Shown here: positions 1-9,671 of the stretch, piece after piece | Layout: each line of letters starts with the position of its first letter | How positions within the stretch are numbered: the first letter of the stretch is position 1 | Source of the DNA: an uncultured Nitrososphaerota archaeon | GTDB taxonomy: Archaea > Thermoproteota > Nitrososphaeria > Nitrososphaerales > Gagatemarchaeaceae | Direction of reading: 5' to 3' | DNA: 64,000 nucleotides | NCBI GenBank assembly: GCA_963718895.1 | Contig: CAVRAG010000007.1 | Location: forward strand, 736,001 to 800,000 | The notes under the pieces: generated by a model | Database searches by the model: none | The model's input: only the letters and a program-made list of their open reading frames with translations | Told to the model about the DNA's origin: nothing | Made by a program: the position numbers and the translations under genes

Positions 1-752
1 CCGACTATCTGGTTCATCGGATCCGCCACGCTGAACCATCCGACGAACGGAGGCGTGAACTGTGGAAAGAGCTTCGGATTCATGTAGAAGATGCCTCCGG
101 CCGAAGGTGCGAACGTCCACTTCTGTCCCCCGAGGGTTACCACATCTGCTCCGTCAGCGTCGGCGTGCATCTGAACCGCGCCGACACACTGGCTCCCGTC
201 CACCACGACCAAGGCCCCGTGTCGATGGGCGATCTCTGATATCTTCCGCAGGTCATATCGTATGCCGAAACGGTAGTCGACTGCGCTGACGCAGACCACC
301 CTCGTTCTGTCGTCTATCAGCCGTTCAAACTCTGAGAGGGGAACATCGACGCCTTCGTCCGAGAACTTGGCCTGTGCGTACTTCACCTCGATCAATCCGC
401 GTCTCTTCAGGAACGGATACACCACGGAAGGGAATTCGATGTTCGACATGACGACGCTGTCTCCCTTCTTCCATTCGATTCCGCTCGCGACGATGTTGAT
501 CCCATCGGATGTGTTGTTGACGAACCAGACGCCCTCCTTCTTCCCCCCGAGGATAGTCCCGACATTCTTTCTTGCGTCCTCTACCTTCGAGAGCCACCCT
601 TCGAATTTGAGGTGAGAATATAGCACCTTCTCCCGCATTACCTGACTCACGGCTCTTGCGACCTGGACCGGCGACGGTGACATGTTCGCGTGGTCCAAGA
701 AGACAAAAGATTTCGTGATGGGAAAGTCCTTCCGGTACCTAGAAAGATTCAA
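1..752 (-). CDS. Class V PLP-dependent aminotransferase / cysteine desulfurase-like (runs off window edge)
   Basis: Manual translation from TTG at 752: MNLSRYRKDFP..FLDHANMSP..NNTSDGIN..EFPS..VVVDGSQCVGA..GGQKW. It is open to position 1, which is why the ORF track lacks it. Confidence 0.85.
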   Translation of the reverse strand, partial: MNLSRYRKDFPITKSFVFLDHANMSPSPVQVARAVSQVMREKVLYSHLKFEGWLSKVEDARKNVGTILGGKKEGVWFVNNTSDGINIVASGIEWKKGDSVVMSNIEFPSVVYPFLKRRGLIEVKYAQAKFSDEGVDVPLSEFERLIDDRTRVVCVSAVDYRFGIRYDLRKISEIAHRHGALVVVDGSQCVGAVQMHADADGADVVTLGGQKWTFAPSAGGIFYMNPKLFPQFTPPFVGWFSVADPMNQIV

Positions 753-952
753 CAGCGTGAATAAGGTCAAAGTGAATTTAAATGTTTGAACCTTTGACTG
801 AACATCTCCCCAGCTGTCCTCCTCGCTTCATCACGGTCCGCCAGGCACCTGGTTGTCGCGCCCATCGGAGGAGATTAGCCAAGGGCGCCCGCGGTGAGGC
901 CGCGTCCTGAATCGCGCAAATTTTTTATATCTTCAGCAGGCATTTCCCTCCG

Positions 953-2143
953 ATGTTTCTTAGCAGAGACCGCGGATACGCAGTCATGGACAAGTATGGC
1001 CTGGATGTACTCGTGGCAACGACGCCGGCCAACGTAACCTACATGAGCGACTTCCGGGCCCTGGGCCACGACCTCCTCGGTTCCTTCATCTTTGTCGTCT
1101 TTCCTCGCGAGGGCGACGCCTCGATAATCCTCACCAGAGGCGAGAGCGCCGACCTGATCTCGCTCAAGATGACCTGGATAAAGGACGTGAGGACCTACGG
1201 GACCTTCTATCTCACGATACCAGACAAGCCGCTCTCCGGGGCGTCCGCCCTGCTTGCGGAGGCCCTGCGGGGAGAGGTGATCACCGACTCGTTCAAGCTG
1301 TTGCGTGACGTCCTTGACGAAAAGGGGTTGGGCGGTGGCAAGAAGATAGGGCTGGACGAGAAGTATTTCGGTGCGGCCGACTACGCACGTCTGCTGAAGA
1401 GCCTGGAGGGTCTGGACGTCGTCCCGGCGTTTGACGTCTTCAGAGAGATAAGGATGGTAAAGACTCCGGATCAGATCGCCGCCCTGGCCGAAGCGAATCG
1501 TATCACCGAGGAGGGCATCAGGGCGGTGCTCGAGAGCGTCAGAGTCGGGACGACGGGGCGGGAAATCTGGAAGACCTACATCGACACGATCACTGGGCTG
1601 GGAGCCACGTGCGTATCACCGAGCATTGCTCTAGGGGTGGACAGCTACCTCCAGAACATGTTCGTTCCCTCGCCGAGGAGGCTGGAGAGAGGCGACCTGA
1701 TCAGGTTCGATGTGGGAGTCCTTTACAGGTTCCATTTCACCGACCTTGGGAGGAACGCGGTCGTTGGCGAGCCATCATCCCTCCAGAAGAAGTACTACAA
1801 CGTGGTCTACTCCGGGGAAGAGGCAGCCCTTCAATCCCTCAGACCAGGCATCAAGGCTTCCGAGGTCTTCAGACAGGGCGTCGAGGGAGCAAGGAACGCC
1901 GGCATGCCGTCCTTCAAGCGACATCACTGCGGCCACGGAATAGGATTGGAGCTGTACGAATCACCTCTGATCGCCCCCAGCAACGAAACACCCCTGGAGG
2001 AGGGTGCGGTGATCAACATCGAGACTCCCTATTACGAGATTGACGCTGGGGGGTTCATGGTCGAAGATACGGTTGTGGTCCGCAGGTCCGGGCCAGAGTT
2101 CCTGTCGAAGTCTGACAGGGGTCTCTACGTGATCCCTGCCTGA
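953..2143 (+). CDS. Xaa-Pro aminopeptidase (M24 family)
   Basis: Creatinase-like N-domain plus M24 motifs RFDVG, TDLGRN, HHCGHGIGLELYE, NIETP, VEDT. Confidence 0.9.
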   Translation: MFLSRDRGYAVMDKYGLDVLVATTPANVTYMSDFRALGHDLLGSFIFVVFPREGDASIILTRGESADLISLKMTWIKDVRTYGTFYLTIPDKPLSGASALLAEALRGEVITDSFKLLRDVLDEKGLGGGKKIGLDEKYFGAADYARLLKSLEGLDVVPAFDVFREIRMVKTPDQIAALAEANRITEEGIRAVLESVRVGTTGREIWKTYIDTITGLGATCVSPSIALGVDSYLQNMFVPSPRRLERGDLIRFDVGVLYRFHFTDLGRNAVVGEPSSLQKKYYNVVYSGEEAALQSLRPGIKASEVFRQGVEGARNAGMPSFKRHHCGHGIGLELYESPLIAPSNETPLEEGAVINIETPYYEIDAGGFMVEDTVVVRRSGPEFLSKSDRGLYVIPA

Positions 2144-3111
2144 CCCATCTTGCGCAGGAGGTCTACGAGCAGGTCCTTCTCGAACGAGATAGGAACCAGC
2201 ACCAGGTTCGTGAGACCGAGTCTGCGGTATCGCTGGATTCCTGCTATGCATTCATCGGCGTCACCGGAGACTGACAGGGCATCTACGACATCGTCCGAAC
2301 AAGCCGCAAGCGACCTCTTCCTGTCTCCTGACGCGATGGCGTCCTCGAGCTCGCGGACCACCGACTCCTCTGAGAACACTTTCCTTGGCCGTCCCGGTCT
2401 CCGGAGCGTGAGGAGCAGCCAGGGTCGCAGATCGTCCCTGGCCTTCTTCTTGTCCTTGGTAAGAGAGCACAGGAGAAGGCACGTCGTGCTGAACTGCTTC
2501 TTCCCGACCTCGCTCAGCCCAACCCTCACGCGTTGCATTGCCCGCTTGACGTAGAAGGGGGAGCTCCCGGACGAGAGGATGACGCCGTCAGCAACCTTCG
2601 CCGAAGTCTTCATCATGAGTTCCCCGACGGCAGCAAGATGAATCTGGACTCGCCCACTCGCGGGGTCGAAGCCGAGATTCACGTTGTTTATGGAGAACCG
2701 TTTCCCCTCATAAGTCGTCGACGTCCTGTCCAAAAGACCTCTTATGATCCGATGGGCTTCGAGCAGCGACGTCTTCGGATCGCCGAATGGGATTCGCATC
2801 TGTTCCTCGACCCACAGTGGAATCGCGCTTCCCAGACCAAGGATGAAGCGGCCCCCGGACATCTCGTCGAGGGTCGCGCAGGTCATAGCGAGAAGGGCCG
2901 GGTGGCGCGTGTACGGGTTGATTATCGAGGTGCCAACCGTGATCCTCTTCGTGTTCGCGAGAATTGCAGAGCACGTCACTATCGCGTCTCTCGAGTAGTA
3001 ATGCTCGGCTACCCAAATGGAGTTGACTCCAAACTTGTCGGCGAGCACGGCATAATCCACTTTCTCCTTGACCGAGAGATTCTCAGAGAGATACCCGAGC
3101 CCTAGTTGCAT
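2125..3111 (-). CDS. LLM-class (luciferase-like, probably F420-dependent Mer-like) oxidoreductase
   Basis: WVAEHY..DA, GTSIINPYTRHPALLA, LDEMSGGRFILGLG motifs. Confidence 0.88.
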   Translation of the reverse strand: MQLGLGYLSENLSVKEKVDYAVLADKFGVNSIWVAEHYYSRDAIVTCSAILANTKRITVGTSIINPYTRHPALLAMTCATLDEMSGGRFILGLGSAIPLWVEEQMRIPFGDPKTSLLEAHRIIRGLLDRTSTTYEGKRFSINNVNLGFDPASGRVQIHLAAVGELMMKTSAKVADGVILSSGSSPFYVKRAMQRVRVGLSEVGKKQFSTTCLLLCSLTKDKKKARDDLRPWLLLTLRRPGRPRKVFSEESVVRELEDAIASGDRKRSLAACSDDVVDALSVSGDADECIAGIQRYRRLGLTNLVLVPISFEKDLLVDLLRKMGQAGIT

Positions 3112-3163
3112 GCCCTTCTACCCGGGTAGCTACGTGGATTGATATAAGCAGAGCCGGAGCCTC

Positions 3164-3446
3164 CTAGTTGCCCCCGTCCGGTCGAGGACGAGGACCGAGA
3201 TGCCCCCGATCGCGGTGAGCTCCTTGGCGATGACCATGCCCGTCACGGTCTTCCCGCTGCCGGTCCTCCCGAAGATGCACATGTGGTGGTTCAGGCTGTC
3301 CGCGGGATGGTGACGAGCCGGTCTTCTCGATGGTCGCGCTGGAGCTTGTAGACGGATGCGTCTCCCAGCGCGTCAACCCTGCGACCGAGGCGGATCTCTC
3401 TTCGCGGGGTTTGAGCGTCCCTCGATGGCTGGTCCGCGGTGGTCAT
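3164..3446 (-). pseudogene. Truncated HerA/DUF87 ATPase (N-terminal fragment, paralogue of 22760-24269)
   Basis: MTTADQP..REIRLGRRVDA..HHMCIFGRTGSGKT..ISVLVLDRTG, after which homology stops abruptly; ~400 aa are missing. Confidence 0.8.
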
Positions 3447-3458
3447 AGCTGGCTCGGC

Positions 3459-3762
3459 TCACAGAAGCGCCGGGAAGAAGCAGAAGACCAGCACCATGAC
3501 CCAGATGAACGCCGCGAACCCCACGTTCGGCCAGAACTCGGGCTTTGAGACCTTGTGGTCGAACATCGCCCCTCCCGCGATTATCCCCGTGAAGCCCCCT
3601 GCGTAGGAGATGCCGAAGAGGGCGCGCTCGCTGATCCTGTTCAGGCCCACCTCGGCAGATGCCTTGTCGACCCCCATCGCCCCCAGCCCGAGGGCGGACA
3701 GCGCCCCGAGGTAGCCGAATAGAGCGTGCGGCGGGAAGATCGCGGCAGGCTATCGCGGCCAT
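3459..3762 (-). CDS. DUF1294-family membrane protein, copy 1 (one frameshift)
   Basis: MGVDK..A....RISERAL..I...GG..G...G...F.HK..K pattern. Confidence 0.8.
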
Positions 3763-3771
3763 ACGGTTCCC

Positions 3772-3972
3772 CTACTCGACCCTGCAGACCGGGATGTCTC
3801 CCTCGTGAATCTCCGCCTTGCACTCGGGACAGACGAGCTCCTTGAAGAAGCGGCCCACCCTCTTGGGGCAGCTGTCGCAGTACGGCTTGCGGCAGCCTGG
3901 GCACTGCCACGCGATCCTGCCGCTGAACCCGCCGACCTCCTTGTTGCAGCAGAAGCAGAACCCTCGCACCAA
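3772..3972 (-). CDS. Small 4xCxxC double zinc finger (FYVE-like spacing), copy 1
   Basis: CFCC..CPGC..CDSC..CPEC; close paralogues at 7723 and 24608. Confidence 0.85.
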   Translation of the reverse strand: MVRGFCFCCNKEVGGFSGRIAWQCPGCRKPYCDSCPKRVGRFFKELVCPECKAEIHEGDIPVCRVE

Positions 3973-4013
3973 TTCAGTATCTCACCATCGCACCCGACAA
4001 AAGCGCCCAAGTG

Positions 4014-4352
4014 TCAAGGTGGCGAGATGGTAGGAAGGTAAGGGAACAAGGTATAGGACAGGATCATCAGGATGATGCCCCCAATGAGCATCCCCTCCCC
4101 CGTCCGCCTCCACACGTGCCCCCAGTACAGGATGGCCCCTAGGGGGATCAGCAGGATGCCTGCGTAGAAGGCGACCAGGGTCGCGGCCGCGTCGATGCCC
4201 GTCACCGCGACGTGGAACTCTGCGGCGAACTGTTGCGCAAAATTCCCGACGGTCGGGCCGATGTTGGGGAGCGACTGTAGGCTCGAAGCCGAAGAGGTGG
4301 TTGCCGATGAAACTATCGATGAGGTAGCCGACGCGGTATCGTTGAGGCTCAT
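4014..4352 (-). CDS. Two-TM small membrane protein, VirB2/TrbC/CedA-type pilin-like
   Basis: Ser/Thr-rich leader and amphipathic helix, then TM-(WRRTG)-TM hairpin GILLIPLGAILYW..RR.G..MLIGGIIL. Confidence 0.55.
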   Translation of the reverse strand: MSLNDTASATSSIVSSATTSSASSLQSLPNIGPTVGNFAQQFAAEFHVAVTGIDAAATLVAFYAGILLIPLGAILYWGHVWRRTGEGMLIGGIILMILSYTLFPYLPTISPP

Positions 4353-4519
4353 CGACCTAGGAGGTTGGCGGGATTAATAAGCGGCAACCACACCGATCTT
4401 GCTTCTCAGCCATAGGTCCGCTCGGACGAGCCGCAAGCGGTCCACGGCCAAGTCCCTGTCGTTAACTTTACACGCTTGACCCATTGACAATTTTCCACCC
4501 ATCAAGAAGGACATGGTGG

Positions 4520-5392
4520 CTATCGACGGAAGTCATCAAGGGAGCTGCCGGCACCCGGAACAACCTTCTGGCGGACCTCGGCGCGTGGCTCCATCCCGTA
4601 CCTTCGGATTAGGCTCGAGAGCCTCTCCTGAAGCTCCTCCCAGCCGGCGATGGCCGCCGCGAACTTGATCCCCGCCGAGTCTTCGAACATCTTCTTCGAC
4701 TCCTCGTAGCCGGCGAACCTCAGGAGACCGAACCGGACCGTGGAGACTCCTGCGCTCTTCAGATCCTCGAAGAGCCTCTCGAGGTCGACCATCACGATTC
4801 CAGGGATGACAGGCGCCAGGGAGACCCAGGTCGGTATCCCGGCTCCGGCGAGCCTCCTCAGGGTCTCTATCCTCCTCCGGAGAGGGGGGACGCCCGGCTC
4901 GAACTGCCTGACCGGAACGGTAGTTATGGACATCCCCACCTCGACGTCCTCGAACCTCTTGAGCAGCTCAAGGTCCCTGAGGACGAGCGGCGACCGGGTC
5001 AGAATGGAGATAGGGAAACGGTGCCTGAGGAGCGAACGGATGCACTGCTTGGTCAGACCGTACTTCGCCTCGACCGGCTGGTAAGGGTCCGACGCGCTCG
5101 AGAGGAAGACGGTCTCCCGCCTCAGTCCCCTGAGCTCCCTCTCAAGGACCTGCGGCGCGTTCACCTTCACGTCGACGTAGCTCCCCCACCCCCTCTCATC
5201 GTGGATGAGCGACGGGGCGTAGCAGTAGGTGCATCCGTGCGTGCACCCCCTGTAGAGGTTGGCGGTGTATTCAGTCGCCGACCCGTAGTTCATCTTGTGC
5301 AGCAGAGTACTGCACCTGACCTCCCTGACCGTGACCCTGGCCTTCGACCGGGTTGGAGGCGGCGTGGGCGTCTGGAGCGAGGTCGCGAGCAA
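4520..5392 (-). CDS. Radical SAM protein, SPL/Rv2578c-like
   Basis: NLYRGCTHGCTYCYA (CxxxCxxC), SDPYQPVE, ILTRSPLVLRD motifs. Confidence 0.9.
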   Translation of the reverse strand: MLATSLQTPTPPPTRSKARVTVREVRCSTLLHKMNYGSATEYTANLYRGCTHGCTYCYAPSLIHDERGWGSYVDVKVNAPQVLERELRGLRRETVFLSSASDPYQPVEAKYGLTKQCIRSLLRHRFPISILTRSPLVLRDLELLKRFEDVEVGMSITTVPVRQFEPGVPPLRRRIETLRRLAGAGIPTWVSLAPVIPGIVMVDLERLFEDLKSAGVSTVRFGLLRFAGYEESKKMFEDSAGIKFAAAIAGWEELQERLSSLIRRYGMEPRAEVRQKVVPGAGSSLDDFRR

Positions 5393-5513
5393 AGGGAGAC
5401 CGCGGGAGCGTTCCGAGAATAAAAGGGGTCGAGTCGCCGAGGCTTGAACCGGGAGCAGGGGAGACTGAAAGTGTCATCCGAGGAGCGTGCCCTGACGGTG
5501 ATGTTAGTTAGGA

Positions 5514-7049
5514 TCACACGGCAGCCGAAGCGAGCAGGGCGCGGAAACTAGCTGGTCTAGACAGACCGGCGGGGAGCGGGTTTCCGGACTCGTCGCGCGG
5601 CCGGTCGGCCGTCGAATACGCAGGGCCGGCCCACGTGCCCTTCCCTATGTTATCGAGGGACTGGACCAAAAGGAACAGGGAGAGCCCCTTGCCAGTGGTG
5701 TCCGTGAAGGAAGGAGTCGGGCCCAGGATGCCTCCCCCAATCTGACCCAGAACCCTGCACAGTTCCCGCGCAGACCAATCCCCGGTCGCGGCGGTCCCAT
5801 CCCCAAGCCGCACCTCCGGGTATGAGGGCGCGTTCTTGGCTCCCTGGGGCACGCTCGTGATTATCTTGCGCAGGTTTTGCAGGGACGACCACACCTTGTC
5901 GTAGCCGTTGAAGATGTAGAGCGCCTTCCATCGCGCCATACGCCCCAGCGTCAACCTGGCCCGAAGCCACGGGTTCACCCAGTTGCCGAAGGTGAACTCC
6001 CTCAGGTACGGATATGGGTCGGAGGTCAGGACCAGGTCTATGCCCTCCGTGTCTATCATGTCGATCAGGTACGAGGGCGCGGCCATCCAGGAGAGCGAAA
6101 GGTCGGTCCACTCCGAGGGTTGAGGGCGATAGGCGCCGTACGGCGGGTATTCGTCGACGACGCCGTAGACGCCGTTCCACTGGGTCCCTGCCGTCGGCAG
6201 GGCGGGGCCGTCGGGGCTCACGGTGGCAAACTGCGGCATCGACGCCGGGCCGATCTGCGGGTCGTTGATGATGGGCTGCACCGCATCGCTGGCCGCGCCG
6301 AGTTTCCCTGCGTTCAGCCCGCGCTGGAAGATGTAGAACGTCAGGTACCCCAGGGAGTCGGCGGCGCTCGGCAGGTCGCTCTTCACGATTCCGTGGACGC
6401 TCTGGGTGTAGAGCGAATAGAGGAAGTTCGCATGCCCTATGAAGTCGTCGTTGTACTGCGACAGGAAGGTGCTGAACGTGGGCTGCTTGGGGTCGATGAA
6501 GTTGACCAGGCTCTGAAGCGTCAGGTACGATTGAATCGCGAGCGACAGGTATGGACGGAAGGTGCGCGGGTCCGCGACCGTGGGGATACCTGTGGGGGCT
6601 GCAATGCTTTGAGCCTGCGGAAGCTTCCCATACCACAACTGCGTGTATGGCGGGGCGGTCTGGGGGGCATTCGGAGGGATGTTCGTGAGGCCCTCGTCCC
6701 CGTATGGATAGAGGGTGGCATACCATATCTTGCTGTAGGGTGAGAATCTCAGCTCTTGGAGGTCCGGCCGCTGCCAGAAGGCGCCCCAACTATCGGGAGG
6801 GATGAGGTTGTCCGGTCCCGCGGCCGCCGAAGGGACCAGGTTGCCCACGAATCCATTCGCATTGTCGTGATACTTCGCCGCGTCCCTCGTGACGTAGTTT
6901 CCCCTGGTCCCCTGGGCGCCCAGGTCGTCGAAATCGGTTTGCAGGCCTCTCCGCCGCCCGGCTAAAGCGTCCTCCCGTCGCTCTGTACCGGCTCCACCAG
7001 GAAGCGCGGACAGAACGAGAGCGACTGGCCTCTGATGCGGCCCTGACAC
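5514..7049 (-). CDS. Hypothetical protein, possibly the C-terminal part of a larger protein
   Basis: 511-aa ORF with protein-like composition after ~residue 35; no family recognised. Confidence 0.6.
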   Translation of the reverse strand: MSGPHQRPVALVLSALPGGAGTERREDALAGRRRGLQTDFDDLGAQGTRGNYVTRDAAKYHDNANGFVGNLVPSAAAGPDNLIPPDSWGAFWQRPDLQELRFSPYSKIWYATLYPYGDEGLTNIPPNAPQTAPPYTQLWYGKLPQAQSIAAPTGIPTVADPRTFRPYLSLAIQSYLTLQSLVNFIDPKQPTFSTFLSQYNDDFIGHANFLYSLYTQSVHGIVKSDLPSAADSLGYLTFYIFQRGLNAGKLGAASDAVQPIINDPQIGPASMPQFATVSPDGPALPTAGTQWNGVYGVVDEYPPYGAYRPQPSEWTDLSLSWMAAPSYLIDMIDTEGIDLVLTSDPYPYLREFTFGNWVNPWLRARLTLGRMARWKALYIFNGYDKVWSSLQNLRKIITSVPQGAKNAPSYPEVRLGDGTAATGDWSARELCRVLGQIGGGILGPTPSFTDTTGKGLSLFLLVQSLDNIGKGTWAGPAYSTADRPRDESGNPLPAGLSRPASFRALLASAAV

Positions 7050-7050
7050 C

Positions 7051-7395
7051 CTAACTTATCAGGACAATGTGCTTCCCGCGCTCGAGTCCCTCTGCTTTTT
7101 GCATGCACTCCTCCTCGGTGAAGCAGACCTCGATGTGTGGGGCGTGAATCTTCGCTATCTCTCGAATCTCTGCCTGTTCCAGCCCGCTGGTCACCAGGAA
7201 TCGGAGGTACGCCACGTCGTGCTTCATGGCGTCCTCTTCGTTGCTCAAGAACTCAAAAATGGGGGCTCCTGAGGTAAAAAGCCTTCCTCGGCCTAACGTA
7301 TGCCATCGACAGTTGTCGAACCAGCGGCCCGCGCGTATCTCCCTCCGGACGGGGTTCTTCGGCGGCTCTTCGAATCGGTTGTCCAAGCGCGCCAC
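7051..7395 (-). CDS. Hypothetical protein
   Basis: 114-aa ORF tightly coupled downstream of DUF1294 copy 2, in the position HerA occupies in the other copies. Confidence 0.5.
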   Translation of the reverse strand: MARLDNRFEEPPKNPVRREIRAGRWFDNCRWHTLGRGRLFTSGAPIFEFLSNEEDAMKHDVAYLRFLVTSGLEQAEIREIAKIHAPHIEVCFTEEECMQKAEGLERGKHIVLIS

Positions 7396-7398
7396 TGC

Positions 7399-7709
7399 TC
7401 AGAACGAGACGACCCACGGGAAGAAGTAGAAGGCGAGGAACGCGCCCAGAGCGCCCAGGCTACCCCTACCGGGAACCAGAAGCCGGGCTTCGAGGTCTTG
7501 TGATTGAAGAAGAGCCCCCCGAGCGTTATGCCCGCGAACCCTCCGAGAAGGGCGATGAAGGCGAGGCTCTGTTCGCTCATCCTGTCCAACCCGATCTTGG
7601 CCGCAACCTTGTCGGCGAGCATGGCGCCACCACCGACAAAGGTCATGACGAGGAGCACGTCCTCGAGGACCTGCGGGGAGATCACGGAAGCCAGGTTGGC
7701 GGCAGGCAT
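7399..7709 (-). CDS. DUF1294-family membrane protein, copy 2 (frameshift near 3' end)
   Basis: MLADK..A.IG.DRMSEQSL..GG..G..LGG.FFNHKT.K; the shifted frame ends FYFFPWVVSF* at 7399. Confidence 0.8.
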
Positions 7710-7722
7710 AGGTGTTGACCCC

Positions 7723-7926
7723 CTAGGTGATCTTTGGCACCGGGATGCCGCCCTCGTGCATCTCTATCCGGCACTCGGGGCAGACGAGCTTCTTGAAGAA
7801 CCGGCCCACCTTCTTCTTGGGACAGGTGTCGCAGTAGAGCTTGCGGCAGGACGGGCACTGCCATGCGATCCTCCCGCGGAACCCGCCGACCGCCCTGTTG
7901 CACTGGATACAGTAGCCTCGGACCAA
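7723..7926 (-). CDS. Small 4xCxxC zinc finger, copy 2
   Basis: MVRGYCIQC..CPSC..CDTC..CPEC; TTAAAT box on the minus strand at 7951-7956. Confidence 0.85.
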   Translation of the reverse strand: MVRGYCIQCNRAVGGFRGRIAWQCPSCRKLYCDTCPKKKVGRFFKKLVCPECRIEMHEGGIPVPKIT

Positions 7927-7978
7927 AGCACCATAGAATTCTGAAGGATGATTTAACCCCCAAGCAACCAGGCGATTG

Positions 7979-8194
7979 TCAGACAGCTTTCAGAAGCTTA
8001 GCCTTCACGTCCGGTTTTGTTTCCCTTGGAAGCAAGAGTTCCAGGTCCAGCAGTTCTCCCTTCGCGTCCTCGTCCAGGATCACGTTCTCCGCGAGCGGCT
8101 CGCTGGAGGACACCTTCCCTCTTCTCAGCCGCAGGTAGAGGGCACCCGCCTCTTCATCAAATTCCAGTGGAGCCATACCTTTTTGCGCCCTCAT
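7979..8194 (-). CDS. DUF2283-family putative antitoxin
   Basis: FDEEAGALYLRL...VILDED..G.LL.LE signature. Confidence 0.8.
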   Translation of the reverse strand: MRAQKGMAPLEFDEEAGALYLRLRRGKVSSSEPLAENVILDEDAKGELLDLELLLPRETKPDVKAKLLKAV

Positions 8195-8408
8195 TGTCAG
8201 CTTTCAGAGCCGTTATCACTATTAAGCCTTCATCACTCTCCTCGATGATCACGATGGTGAAGCTGCCATCCAAACGAGACGCGCACGAGGCCTTCCTTCC
8301 CTGCTTTGTGTATCTCGCTTCGAGAGGACGCACGATTGCTTCCCCGACTTCCATCTTGGTTACTCCGCGCTCCAACATCCTCTTCTCGGCGTGAGGGGTG
8401 TACCTCAT
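8157..8408 (-). CDS. DUF4258-family (RelE-like) putative toxin
   Basis: MRYTPHAEKRMLERGV...IVITA signature; overlaps the DUF2283 gene. Confidence 0.8.
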   Translation of the reverse strand: MRYTPHAEKRMLERGVTKMEVGEAIVRPLEARYTKQGRKASCASRLDGSFTIVIIEESDEGLIVITALKADNEGAKRYGSTGI

Positions 8409-8463
8409 CGGTCACAGCTCGAAACCTCATTGGCCCCTAAAACCGTCATTGCAATGAGGAGAC

Positions 8464-8557
8464 GCCCAAAGACGCGCAAATGACTCTCCCGCCCTAAACG
8501 AGAGACGATACACAGGAATTACCTGCGCCGCAAGACATGACCACGAGCGCAGGGGTC
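8464..8557 (+). ncRNA. Dispersed structured RNA element, copy A (5' domain only)
   Basis: Shares ATGACTCTC..GAGACGATACACAGGAATTACCTG..CACGAGCGCA.GGGTC with copy E; CTAAAA box at 8437. Confidence 0.6.
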
Positions 8558-8813
8558 CTTCACTGAACCCACCCCGACACGCCTGTTGCGCTGGGAGCAA
8601 GCCTCTGACCAAACCAAGATGGAATCTTGAGGCGCAATTCAACCGCAAACCGGCGGAGCATCGTGGGACGATCTCTCCACCCTGGTTTGTCAGCGATGAC
8701 GAGAGGTCCCTTGAGCCGGGATACCCACTATCTTCTCTCCGAGTTTGGTCAGGACGAGCACGCCTAGCTCATCATTCGGCTCAGCGCGGTCCTCCGCCGA
8801 ATCGCGCTTTGGC

Positions 8814-9671
8814 TCAGGTCCTCTGCCCGGAAGGAGGCCGCCAGTCGCTGCATCTGGGGCATATCAGGAAGAACTTCGATCCGCTGACGATCTTGAACGA
8901 TGGAGCGCTGCATGTCGGGCATTGGGCCTCTTCCTCCTTCCAGTGCACCTCGAGGCCACGTTCCTTGAGCCAGTCAACGACCGAGAGCACCGTTGGGTCG
9001 GTCAGCATCTCGACGGGTAAGTCTTCGTAGTACTCGACCGCCAGCTTCAGCCTCTCGAACTGGCTCGGAGAGATTTGCCCGTTGAGCGAGTGCCTTGCGA
9101 AGACCGCCGTAAGGCGCTTCCGCTCATCCCCGTCCGCGAGCTTCGTGTCGACGCCGGAGAGCAGGACAATGCACACGAGCGAAACAGCGGCGATGAGCCC
9201 GTAAGGGCTCTGGAGAAACAGTATTGGCAGTCCGACGTAAGGGATGGTGACGGCCGGCACGCCCAGGACGCTGGTCGAGTCTGTGACGAACGGGTCCGGG
9301 GACAGGTTGTTGTCTCCCTTCGTATCGTAGTACGTCACCCCGTTGGCCTCCTGACCGACCCCCACGACCCTGTGGATCACGACAGGCTTCAGGAACGAGT
9401 CGAGGGCCGGAATCCCAGATGAACCCTGAACGAAGACGATGATGCTGCCGTTCGCGATCTGTCCCCGCGGGGCGGTGAAGAAGATGAGCTCACCGTTCTG
9501 GAGCTTGGGGTACATGCTGTTCCCCTGTACGATAGCGACCGGATAGGTGGTCGTCCCGGCGATGAACGGAAGTGCGGCGAGAGTGACAAGTAGGCCGAGA
9601 CTGAGCATGAACAGCAAGCGCCGTTTGTCGAATTTCATTTCCAAAGTCTCCGTTGTGACCATTCTTCTCAT
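8814..9671 (-). CDS. Signal peptidase I (S26, SipW/Sec11-like) with C-terminal Zn-ribbon extension
   Basis: GNSMYP (catalytic Ser), VIHRV (His), TKGDNN..PD, IPYVG; C-terminal CPTC..CPRC. Confidence 0.9.
   Translation of the reverse strand: MRRMVTTETLEMKFDKRRLLFMLSLGLLVTLAALPFIAGTTTYPVAIVQGNSMYPKLQNGELIFFTAPRGQIANGSIIVFVQGSSGIPALDSFLKPVVIHRVVGVGQEANGVTYYDTKGDNNLSPDPFVTDSTSVLGVPAVTIPYVGLPILFLQSPYGLIAAVSLVCIVLLSGVDTKLADGDERKRLTAVFARHSLNGQISPSQFERLKLAVEYYEDLPVEMLTDPTVLSVVDWLKERGLEVHWKEEEAQCPTCSAPSFKIVSGSKFFLICPRCSDWRPPSGQRT

Noticed and set aside
5424-5465. tRNA 3'-half / att site on the minus strand (CCCGGTTCAAGCCTCGGCGACTCGACC)
   Set aside because: The T-stem is mismatched, no cloverleaf forms, and no second copy or integrase was found in the window
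5650-6789. Long alternative-frame and antisense ORFs (also over HerA, EF-2, M42 and ADH)
   Set aside because: Arg/Pro/Gly-rich shadow ORFs are expected in high-GC coding DNA
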